IMG/VR virus record: IMGVR_UViG_3300037634_002636
Span: 1-64,000 of that record
Length of the DNA stretch: 64,000 nt
Strand: one strand, 5' to 3'
Source: a virus
Lineage: Duplodnaviria; Caudoviricetes
The position numbers and the translations under genes are program-made. The notes below the pieces were generated by a model. It saw only the letters and a program-made list of their open reading frames with translations, had not been told where the DNA came from and searched no databases. Positions 1-10,400 of the stretch are shown here, piece by piece (within the stretch, counting starts at the first letter, position 1; each line of letters begins with the position of its first letter).

Positions 1-1854
1 ATCTGCTGCATAAGTATCTCCTAAGTCATTAGCATTTCTATAAATTCCAAAATAAATCATATCATCTGCTGCCGGCGAATTACCAACAGTCATAGCTCCT
101 GTAGCATCTGTTATACTAACAGGTTGATCAGCATCAGCTTCTTCATGTGCTGCATCTGTTACTACAACCGCAGTACCAAAAGCAACATCAATCTTATCAT
201 CATTACTCCTAGCATTAGATTTTATACCCCATATAACATCCCCTGCCGCACTAGATGAAGCTTTCCAATAGAATTTAACTTTCATTGTTCCCAAATCCCA
301 TTGCTCTGGCATTACCATATTAAAGAATACGTATTCATTTGTAGTAGCATCAAATATATATTTATCTTGAGTTAAATACTTACTAGTAGAAGTCCATGAG
401 TCTGCTCCTGCGGCTGCTCCATTAGTAGCGGCGGTAGACATTGCTCCTGCTCCAATCCACATTGTTCTATAATTTTTAGAAGTAAGTTGCCCATTAGCAT
501 CAATAGCAGCTAAAGAAGTACCATCATCTTTAAATGTAATATCTCCTCCATCAGCGTCTATTATAATATCTCCATCTACATCTAATGTTAAATGACCTGC
601 TGCTCCTCCACTATCAATAGTAGATATTGTTGATTCTCCATTAGGAGCAACGTCAAAAGTTAAATAATCATTTGAAGTTAATGTAGCATATAGTCTAAGA
701 GTATTTACACTAGTAGTATGATACTCATGTTGAAGTCTCATTGCAATTCTTTGAGTTTGTCCTGTAGCACCTGATGCTACTCTGAAAGATGTGTCCCACT
801 GAAACATTCCTGGATTACCATTACCAGTACCTAAACCACCTCGAAATAATGTGTGTCCTCCAGCTATATTAGTACCTACTGCATCTGCTCCTTCAATAGT
901 TAGAGTTCCTCCAACAGAACCAGACGCATTAGGGAATCTTTTAATAATTGGAAAATCAGCGTCTTCCTCTCCTATCCAAATTTTATCATATATAGTTCCA
1001 TTATCAGGTTTCAAATATATATCTCCATCTACATCTATAGTTAAATCTGCAGCTCCAGCAGCAGCATCTACAGTACTTATAGTTGTAGCTCCATTTGCTG
1101 TTGTGGATACTCTAAAATAATCTGTAGCAGCAAGTGAAGCAGGGTCCCAGATAGTAAAATCACTAGTTGCTGGATCTAAATTCTCAAAATATGCAATACG
1201 TCCTCCAGTATGTCCTCCTGTACCACTAGTAGTATTTCTTGTACCCCAACATTGAACACCACCACTAGCACCAGCTCCTGTACCACTACCTCCTTTTAAA
1301 ATTACATTTCCTCCAGCAGCATCCGTTGGAACCCCATTAAGAGCAGCTTCTGCTTGAATCGTTAAATCGCTAGAATTAGCAACAGTATTAGTATTTCCTC
1401 TTATAGTTTTAGGTGTATATAAAATCTGTGCAGTATCAGTAGCATCAAATTTGAAAACTTCATCTGTTTTAGGATCTAAATTACCCGTAGCAGCTTCCCA
1501 AAGTCCTATCCAACATGTAGAATCATCTGTATCTGCAACCGCTGCTATACCTGGTATAGTTACTGTAACAGCATTACCTGCAGCAGTTGCTGTTACACCT
1601 GCACCAACCCAATCTATAGAAGCAGTAGTAGTTGTTAAACTAACTCCCTCATCTAAACTTTGTAAATTAAGTAGTCCAGATAAAGGTCTCTTTTTAATTA
1701 AACCCCCAGTTTCAACTAAAATACTTGTTAATGAGGCATCTGTAACTAATCCAGTTAAAGTTAAATTCTTTAACCATGAGTCTCCCCATGTTTTAGCAGA
1801 TGTTCCTATCCCACCTTCATCATTTGCTCTTGGTACTAATTTCTTTGTTGCCAT
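1..1854 (-). CDS. Tail fibre/spike-like protein, 3' end truncated by window edge (not in ORF track)
   Basis: ATG at 1854 (MATKKLVPRANDEGGIGTSAKTWGDSW...) opens a frame without stops down to position 1. G/T/A/D-rich beta-structured composition with internal repeats STTANGATTISTVDAAAGAADLTIDVDGDI and APNGESTISTIDSGGAAGHLTLDVDGDI. Confidence 0.8.
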   Translation of the reverse strand, partial: MATKKLVPRANDEGGIGTSAKTWGDSWLKNLTLTGLVTDASLTSILVETGGLIKKRPLSGLLNLQSLDEGVSLTTTTASIDWVGAGVTATAAGNAVTVTIPGIAAVADTDDSTCWIGLWEAATGNLDPKTDEVFKFDATDTAQILYTPKTIRGNTNTVANSSDLTIQAEAALNGVPTDAAGGNVILKGGSGTGAGASGGVQCWGTRNTTSGTGGHTGGRIAYFENLDPATSDFTIWDPASLAATDYFRVSTTANGATTISTVDAAAGAADLTIDVDGDIYLKPDNGTIYDKIWIGEEDADFPIIKRFPNASGSVGGTLTIEGADAVGTNIAGGHTLFRGGLGTGNGNPGMFQWDTSFRVASGATGQTQRIAMRLQHEYHTTSVNTLRLYATLTSNDYLTFDVAPNGESTISTIDSGGAAGHLTLDVDGDIIIDADGGDITFKDDGTSLAAIDANGQLTSKNYRTMWIGAGAMSTAATNGAAAGADSWTSTSKYLTQDKYIFDATTNEYVFFNMVMPEQWDLGTMKVKFYWKASSSAAGDVIWGIKSNARSNDDKIDVAFGTAVVVTDAAHEEADADQPVSITDATGAMTVGNSPAADDMIYFGIYRNANDLGDTYAAD

Positions 1855-1857
1855 ATC

Positions 1858-2064
1858 CTATTTTTTTCTTATATATTCTAAGATTATATCTACTTTCTTT
1901 TTCATCTCTTCCATGTTATCAGCAGCTCTTTCGTGATGGCGAGAAAATTGATTCTTAACCTCATATAAACTAAAAACTAAAAACCTATATAAAGCGTATA
2001 ATGCCCCTAGTAACAATATTAATGGTAATCCATATCCTTCTATAAGCTGCAGTATTTCTTTCAT
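1858..2064 (-). CDS. Small single-TM membrane protein, holin-like
   Basis: Hydrophobic stretch YGLPLILLLGALYALYRFLVFSL followed by a charged coiled C-terminus; late-gene context. Confidence 0.5.
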   Translation of the reverse strand: MKEILQLIEGYGLPLILLLGALYALYRFLVFSLYEVKNQFSRHHERAADNMEEMKKKVDIILEYIRKK

Positions 2065-2076
2065 TATTATTGTTCT

Positions 2077-2340
2077 TTAAACCGCTTCTGGCATTATATC
2101 ACCGTTACTATCTATTTCAAAATGCCCAGAGGCTACAGGGCTAACCTCTGGCATTATATCACTATTACTATCTAAATCAAATGTGTCACAATAATCTACA
2201 ATAACATCCTTTGGCATTAATTGCGTAGCAGGTGCTAAGTTACAAGGCTCAAAGAAACAGTCCATCGCACTTAAATTTGGACTAACCCATTGAGGCTGCC
2301 ATCTAATTGTACCAAGGCCTATATTATGTATAGGACTCAT
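2077..2340 (-). CDS. Small virion-associated protein with FxxDSNxDIMPE repeats
   Basis: ORF track; repeats FDLDSNSDIMPE and FEIDSNGDIMPE; N-terminal IGLG motif. Confidence 0.6.
   Translation of the reverse strand: MSPIHNIGLGTIRWQPQWVSPNLSAMDCFFEPCNLAPATQLMPKDVIVDYCDTFDLDSNSDIMPEVSPVASGHFEIDSNGDIMPEAV
2087..2181. repeat. Imperfect tandem repeat with 60-nt period inside the CDS
   Basis: TCTGGCATTATATCAC..TTACTATCTA..TCAAA starts at 2087 and 2147. Confidence 0.85.
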
Positions 2341-2341
2341 T

Positions 2342-2695
2342 TTACTTACTATATACTATAACTCTACCACTTATTAAAAATATCCTTGTAAAATCTCCAT
2401 AAAAAGGAATTCCAACGGGTAAGGTTATATCAGTTACTAATTCTCCTGAAGGGTTTCCACCACCTGCATTTATATCTTCTCTCCAGTTAGTATCACAATT
2501 AGAAACATCTAATACTGTATCATCTAATATAGCTACTATACAATAACCTTGAACTGCATGTTCTGCTCCAAGAGTTGTTATAATAGTAGCTCCCTGCATT
2601 CCGTAAGGAGCAGCTAATAATTGTTCAGTAGTATTCCTTGTCTCCCCTGGTTTTTTAACCAAGGGTTCATCAGTATTATGTGCGAAATTTGGCAT
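2342..2695 (-). CDS. Small beta-rich virion protein, paralog of 30912..31199
   Basis: C-terminus ITLPVGIPFYGDFTRIFLISGRVIVYSK aligns with FIIPKGVTIYGNFTSIYLVTAGKVLAYKK. Confidence 0.7.
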   Translation of the reverse strand: MPNFAHNTDEPLVKKPGETRNTTEQLLAAPYGMQGATIITTLGAEHAVQGYCIVAILDDTVLDVSNCDTNWREDINAGGGNPSGELVTDITLPVGIPFYGDFTRIFLISGRVIVYSK

Positions 2696-2701
2696 AGTTT
2701 A

Positions 2702-3115
2702 TTATTTTACTATTAATTTAATTGCATCCAATTGCTTTAGATTAATATCCTTTGGTAATTGAGATTCTGATAGTGTCTTTAATTCAAGTTCTACAGATTC
2801 CTCTAAAAGTTTATCTATCTCAGCCATTTGAGCTTTTCTTTCTTCAATAATCTTTACATTTTCTGGTTCTTCTTCTTTAGCTTTAATTTTATCCATATCT
2901 GCATTCATATCAAATTGTTGCATCTGTGCAGATAATTCTTGAAATTCCTTAGTCGGAATAGCTTTTTCTTCAATATCTCTTAATGCATTAGATATTATTT
3001 CTTTGTTTGCTGAATTTGTAAGAGCAAATTTAACACCCTTTAAATTCTCTACTTGTAGTAATCCTTGCATCAAATTTACTAGATCACGTTTAACGTACTG
3101 TTCTGTTTTTGCCAT
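2702..3115 (-). CDS. Hypothetical helical protein (possible tail fibre assembly chaperone)
   Basis: ORF track; coiled-coil composition; directly downstream of a fibre gene, with its own TATCTTTG box. Confidence 0.55.
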   Translation of the reverse strand: MAKTEQYVKRDLVNLMQGLLQVENLKGVKFALTNSANKEIISNALRDIEEKAIPTKEFQELSAQMQQFDMNADMDKIKAKEEEPENVKIIEERKAQMAEIDKLLEESVELELKTLSESQLPKDINLKQLDAIKLIVK

Positions 3116-3150
3116 TGTCTATAATGTTTTTTATTAATAATTAATTTTCG

Positions 3151-3158
3151 CAAAGATA
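3151..3158 (-). promoter_or_regulatory. Bacteroidota sigma-70 -7 box (TAnnTTTG)
   Basis: TATCTTTG on the minus strand in the intergenic gap upstream of 3115. Confidence 0.7.
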
Positions 3159-3176
3159 TAAAAAATATTTTATATC

Positions 3177-4478
3177 CTATGTCCAAGGGGTTGCAATCGC
3201 CCCGTCAGTTATTGCAAATCCTTCAACTAACCAAATAGCATCAGTTATTGCAGTGTATTTTAATCTTGTTCCAAGTAATCTTCCTTTTGTATCTGCATCA
3301 GCTACATATTGATGATCTGCTGCAGCTGGTGAAGCATAACCATGATTATCTGTATTATCAGCTGAATCATTTTTAACTAGTCCAGTTCCCATATAAATAG
3401 CTCCTTGAAGAGTATCTGCTGAACTAGCCGCATTAATAGTTAATGTGCCACTAAATGTAGTACCTATATGAAATTCATAAGTTAATCCTGCAGCCGCAGC
3501 TGGTAAAGTTACTGTTATACCTCCTGCTAAGTTTAATGTAAATATACTTCCTGATTGAGCTGCTGTTGGATTATATGTACCAGAAGCTACATTTACTATA
3601 GGTCTTTTATAAGCTAAAGTAGCATCAGCTTGTGATATTAAATTTCCTGAACTGTCACATACTAATCCTGCTGTTCCTGAAGCATTTTCTAAAGTAGTAA
3701 TTTTTGTAGATAATCCTAAAGCACCAGCTCCAGTTGTAAATGTTATTGTACTATCAGGAGATGTAATAGCACCAAATTGTGGGCTACCAGAAGCATTACC
3801 AATTAATACTGTTCCGTTAGTTCCTCCTGCATTAGTCGTTGTAACAGCTCCTGTATTATTACCTAGTAATACACCTTTTGAAGTATGACTAGTTGCTCCA
3901 GTTCCACCATTACCTACACTTAATGTTCCACTAACATGTGTACCTAAAGCTATTTTACCCCACGACGGAGCAACTCCTATACCGCCAGAGATTAAAGCAT
4001 TTCCTGTAGCTATATCTGCTAATCCAGCTAATGTATCAGTTGCTGAAGCATAAACTATATCTCCAACAACATAAGCAGAGCTTTTATTAGTTCCTCCATT
4101 TGCAGTAGGTAATACAGTTGCTCCTACATTAGTTGTTAAATTAATAGTCGATAAAAAAGGAGTAGTTGTATTTTTACATTTTGATAAATCTATCTGTGTT
4201 TGATCTATACCAACAGTTATTACTGAACTTCCAGCTCCTACTGTTATAATCCCTGAAGCATCCTGCTCTAATGATTTTATAACATGTCTATTAAGAGATG
4301 TAGCTGTCGATACTAAGCTTTTTCCAGTACCTACAGATTCAAATGTAGTTATTAAATTATTTAAAGGTATTTTACTATCTGTTCTAGATAATGCATTAGT
4401 TATATATAAATATTCATTTGAAGCATCAGATACTACTGAAATATTTTTAGTTGTTAAAGAATTTACTTTTATAGCCAT
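3177..4478 (-). CDS. Tail fibre protein
   Basis: LPTANGGTN and LSVGNGGTGAT fibre repeats; G/T/A-rich; C-terminal VTLPAAAAGLTYEF head-like domain. Confidence 0.8.
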   Translation of the reverse strand: MAIKVNSLTTKNISVVSDASNEYLYITNALSRTDSKIPLNNLITTFESVGTGKSLVSTATSLNRHVIKSLEQDASGIITVGAGSSVITVGIDQTQIDLSKCKNTTTPFLSTINLTTNVGATVLPTANGGTNKSSAYVVGDIVYASATDTLAGLADIATGNALISGGIGVAPSWGKIALGTHVSGTLSVGNGGTGATSHTSKGVLLGNNTGAVTTTNAGGTNGTVLIGNASGSPQFGAITSPDSTITFTTGAGALGLSTKITTLENASGTAGLVCDSSGNLISQADATLAYKRPIVNVASGTYNPTAAQSGSIFTLNLAGGITVTLPAAAAGLTYEFHIGTTFSGTLTINAASSADTLQGAIYMGTGLVKNDSADNTDNHGYASPAAADHQYVADADTKGRLLGTRLKYTAITDAIWLVEGFAITDGAIATPWT

Positions 4479-4489
4479 AATTTTATATT

Positions 4490-7400
4490 TTAAAAGTCAA
4501 AATTTGAGTTCGTATTAAGTGTGAAAATAGAAGTTAATGCTTCCATTTGTGCTGGAGTTAAATCTACATCTGTGTCACATGTTGGACATACATCATCTAA
4601 AAAGCCTGTAAACAAGTCTTGTATATCTGATAATGTCATACAAGCATTTAGATTGTGTAATAAATGTCTAATGATTATAGTCATCCATATTTGTCTTATA
4701 TCTAAAGCTCTAGTTGCTAAGGCTCCCATTATTCTAGCATAAGCTGTATTAGCTAATGCTCCAGGACATTCTACTAAATCAGATAATTCAGAATAATCTG
4801 TTACCCAAACATTTCCTAATAATGCTGGAGTAGGGACTCCTCCGTCGTTTGCGTTTACACAAGGTCCTTTTTTAGTCCATTGAGGTTGAGGCACGCCGTT
4901 ACTATCTAAACAATACCCACAATCTAATGGAACTTCACAAGGAGCTGTTGCATCTTGTATACAAAATAAAGCTCCTGAAGAATAACTTACCGCATCTGTT
5001 ACTTCTGTACAAGAATACCCATACGTAGTACCTAATTGTATTTCTTTTGTATCCCAAGATTTACTACTTAAATCTTCATTATTTGCATCTTGTAGTATCC
5101 ACGATTGAAGGTTCGCTGCACTGAACGACCCCCCAAGAATATCTCCAATAAAATAATTATTTGTTGCAGCATCTTGATTTATATATACTTCAAATGCCAT
5201 CATTGCATCGGACGTAGTACTATAAACTTCAAAAGAGATAGTATGTAAACCTCCTGGCAATGATATTGGGAATAGATTGAAATACTGATAATTAGATGTA
5301 TATGTAGTAAGTGTATTTTCATCTGCCGCCATATCAATCCAAACAATTCCATCAACTTTCATTCTCATCTTAGAGTCAGAACATAATGCTATAACTGCTG
5401 GTGTATTAAATTGAAAATTAATTTCTGTTATACATCCTATCCATTCTCCTACAGGTATAGCTGGAGGAGTTATTGGGGATCCTTGATCTAACCATATAGC
5501 TATATCTTTTACCCTATCATTAATATAACTTGTAGTTGCCAAAGTATTCCATATACCTAAATCTACTCCTATTTGGGTAATTCCAGAAGTAGACCTATAT
5601 ATATGATTAGGGCCTGTATTTGCATTAGTAATTATATCTTTTAATAAAGGCAAGTCATTAGTATTTATAACAATACTTTGAGTATAATCAACCGCAGCTC
5701 CAGTCCATACTCCATATAAACTACACCCATTCTGCTGCCATTTTGATGGTGTAATTTGTGCTGTATATAGGTTTTTAACTAATGTCCAGTATCCAGTTGT
5801 TGTATTAGGTTGAGCTGGTGAAGCAACACTAGTTACACACTCTTCTGAATCTTCGTCATAAACATATCCAATAGGACAAACACAATCACAATTCATTGCT
5901 CCATATATAGATATAACTCCAAATATCCCATTATCCATTCCTACATGTGTTGTTTGATAACATCCATGAGCATCTCTAACATAGAATATATATTCTGCAC
6001 CGAGGGCTCCATATCCTAAATCTCTAGAAACACTAACATTAGAGAATCTTATATCTAATAAACTTGTAGTAATAGCTGTCGATGAAGACACCGAATTACT
6101 TGCGCCTCCACCCCATGGAGCATAAGTCATAACTGTTGCTGTATCTAAACTTGGGCCATAATTACTAATAGGATCTCCAGTATATAAACATGGAGAAGTA
6201 GTTGTTAGAGGTCCTATACCATAACAAGGATTCATAGGAATACTAGGTGTATAGAAAGGGCCTGCTTGAGCAACAATACCTATTTCATAAGGAGCAGTAC
6301 CACCTGTTATTGTAAGTCTTATTTCTCCATTAGTATCTCCCGGTATAATATTATGACTAATTATACACGCATTAGCAACTGAAAAATCAGATACAGGTAT
6401 TAATTCTATTTTAGTTGAAGAAGATTCTGTAAATGCATTCGCTGTAGCAACTCCTAAATTAGGGTTATTATATGTAGGAATCCAACTTCCTGAAGTACTT
6501 ATTATACTTGAAGTGTTTGCATTTGCAAAACAATTATCATCGTAAGAAGATAATATATTCACATCATTTGGATCTGCAAAATACTCTACTACACATGACG
6601 ACCCATCCTTAACCCATATACTATTTATACCTCCACACATATTTGTAAATGTATGAGGACTAGTTATAGGCGTAAATGAGATACCATTATTTAATGATAC
6701 TTCTAAAGTTCCATTACCTCCATGTGCTGTAATAGTAAGAGTTCCTGTACAACACCCCGCACATTGAGGTGGAACCCAAGTAATATCATCTATATAAACT
6801 ATAGGATCATTAAGTGTTTCTGTGTCTGTATCAGTTCCTCCACAACTATCAGTTACTACTACAGTATAGATTCCTGGCCATTCAGCTGTTAAATCTTGTG
6901 TAGTTATATTACTCCATTGTGTATTTGTATTGTTATGCCCTGGTACACTACAAGTAGATGCTAAAGTAGCATATGTCCATAAATATGTATAATTAGTATT
7001 TGTATGATCTTCATATGTTCCTCTAATAGGTGTATTATCTATTTCACCATTACATACATTAGTACCAATAGAAGCTCCATAAGAACTACACCCGCAACAT
7101 GTTGGTTGTGTAGTAGCTAGTTGATTATATACATTTCTATAGTCTGAAGGTAATATTGTAGTACTAAATTCATATGAACATGCTGAAACTCCAGTTTCTA
7201 TTAATTTAACATGCCAAGTACTATTTTCAGTAAATGGTAATACTACAGCACCTCCTCCTGGATTCCATTTATCTGAATTTCCAGTTATTTCAAAATAATC
7301 AACTGTACCTGAAGCTGTTTGTGGATCATAAACTGCACTTGTTGAAGCTACTATACCTGTTCCTGTAGTAACTAAATCTGTAGTTAGGACACTTAAATTA

Positions 7401-10400
7401 ACTCCTGAATTATCTGTGGCTTGATAATAAGTTGCTCCACCATCATTACTTAACCATACTTCAAATGGAAAAGATGCTCCTACTACTGGAGTAGAATCAT
7501 CAAGCATTAATCTTATTGTTCCATCACTATCTCCTGGACATGTAGGTCCTCCATACATTCCATATGTATTATCATTAGCTGTTGATTGTGTAATAGAGTC
7601 TCCATAAGGAGTATTATATCCAGACCAAGCATATTGATTAATGTCTACCCATGCCTCTGATCCTCCTGTAGATGCTATTGTCCATGAACCTGTAGTAGTA
7701 CAAGGAGTTCCTGGCGTACTGTCTGTTACCAATACAGTGTATGTACCTACACCTAAACTAGTTAAATCTGCACTAGTCGCTGACGAACTGCCAGACCAAG
7801 CGTAAGTATAAGGACCTATACCTCCAGTTACTGTTGTATCTATAGCTCCATTACTTCCACCTGCACAACTTATTGAAGATACTACTGCTGTTAGAGTTAA
7901 AGGAGCTCCTGCAATTGTTGAAGCTGTAAGAGTTTGTGTGCAGCCATTAGCATCTTGCACAAGGCATTCATAATCATAAGTACCTCCTGGTACAGCTTGT
8001 GTAAATGAGTTTGAACTAGTTGCTGGTGCTACAAAAAGTGGATCAGCAACTCCAGAAGTTCCTGTAGTTACTGTTGTCCAATCATATGTATAAGGACCAG
8101 TACCTCCACTTGCTGAAACAGTTATACTTGCTATACCTCCAGAACATCCTGGGTTTGTAACTGCTATAGTACTTGCTAAAGTGCCTCCTCCCTCAATAGT
8201 CATTTGAACATCTCTAAATAAACATCCACATGAATTTCTTGCCCATATACGATATGTTCCAGCAGGTAAATTAAAAGTTGAACTAGATTGCCATCCTTGT
8301 ATTATATCAGGAGTAAGATCCCAAACATCAGTATTGGTCCAAGTAGAGTTTCCTACTGAGCCAAGTGTTACAGCATATTGCATACTGGCGCATGACATCG
8401 TCGTATCTACTACTAATCCACTTAAAGACCCGTTTCCACCAGAACATAGAGCATGAGTTTGGGTAGTGCTCGCATTTTTTATCATTGGACCAGGTTCGTT
8501 AATAGTTATAGAAACTGAAGTAGTACATCCAGCTGCATCAGTCATATTTATTATGTGTGTTCCAGGACTGATTGGACCGGAAGGATGGTTGCAACCAGCC
8601 TGAAATGTATTACCTGATGAAGATCCATAAGTAGCTGTCCCACCATATATAGCAACTGATGATGTATATGTAAGGCCACAAGGATTAATATGATCTATTG
8701 TAAAAAGCCCATACGCTATTCCAGTGATGTCAATATCAAATTCACCCATATTAGAAGGAGTAAGACCAGAGCAATTGGTTATATATCCAGTATTAGTAGT
8801 AGTATTATAACAATTTGTAAAATTCTCTTCTCTGTCACTACTATTACATACTGGGTGACTTGTATGAGTTACTGTTGCATTAAGAACAGTTGAAGGCATT
8901 ACTATATCAACATGGTCATAACATCCTACTAAATCAAAATCTGCCCAGACTTCATTTGCATCTACTAAATACCACCTATTAGTTAAAGTGACTCTATATG
9001 TACCACCACTTATACCTGGCATAAGGAATTCTTTATTATTTACAGTTGCCCCAGGATTATTAATGTGGTTAGCTCCAAAAATTGGTACACCAGAACCAGG
9101 AATACCAAAATTAATTACAGAAGATTTAAATGGATGGCCTGCAGAATGAAATATCCAAGTACTATTTGTTACATCCCATTCCCAGACTGTCCATTGTAAA
9201 CCACCACAATTAGATATAGTTGTTCCTGTTAAATTTGAAGCATCAAATTTACCTCGGAACCCCCCAGGAGAAGTACATGTAACGGCAGCACCTACGACAA
9301 CTGAATCAAGATTAAAAGAAATTTGCTCACAATTAGGCATGGTAAAGGAGGACGTATAAGTACCATGATTTACAGTTACGACAGTTACAGTATAAGTACC
9401 TACACCAATAAAAAAACTCCAAGTAGTTGATGCATAAATTGTCCCCAAATTTCCAGTAGGAGTGATAGGACTGGTTGTGGCAGCAGGAGAAAAGGATATA
9501 TCATCAATTTCTACTCCACTTGCATCGATATTAGTTAGTACTACATTTACAACTCCATTCCCCGTATCACATACAGGACAATCGGCAACTTGTGCAGTTA
9601 AAATAGGTTGCTGGGAGGTGTCTGGTGTTGTATTATAAACCATACCATTACCTGTACAAATAGCCCATTGATTTTTGGAATTAACAGAATGATTAGTATA
9701 TTGAGGACCTACTCCATAAGCAGATTCAAAAGTCCAATTACTATTAGTAGTATCTGGCCATATATAATTACCAGTAGAATGATCTACATATGTGCAATTA
9801 GTATTTGGAATTGAAGTATTATATTGGAATAAATTTGTTGGAGAACAAAGAACTTCTGGATGACTATCGCCGTTTGGGAAGTTAAAATAAGCAACTGTTG
9901 TTGGCGTAAAAACTGCTTTTAGTCCAATAAAATGATAAGCATATTGATTATCAACCCAACCACCATTTGCAGAAATAGTACTTAAATTACTACTAGATAT
10001 AACATTACCATGTCCTCCATATCCCATTATAGGTTTTTTGCCGTGCACATCCCCTACACATCCAGCATCATCTGTTGCATCTCCATATAAATGTTTAACC
10101 ATTCTATTTTCAAATGCACCATCAGGAAGTCCTAAATATACTCTTGCATCAAGTTCATAAAAATTTCCTTGTATAACTCCTGTGGGGCTCATTAGGTTTG
10201 GAAAAGAAGAGGTTGAACCACCGCCTCCAGTATTTGCCATGTATGAATCCCAATCTACAGTTCTTAAAGTATGAACCTTAACATCAGACCAACTAAAACC
10301 AGAAGAACCAAATATATAAGATTCCCAATCTTTAACTAATTCAGCAGAAATTGTCATACCTTGTGATTCTGATCGTATTGGGGTAGTTTGATCATCACTA

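Noticed and set aside
851-1936. Plus-strand ORFs 851..1120 and 1451..1936
   Set aside because: Antisense shadows of the long minus-strand fibre gene <1..1854
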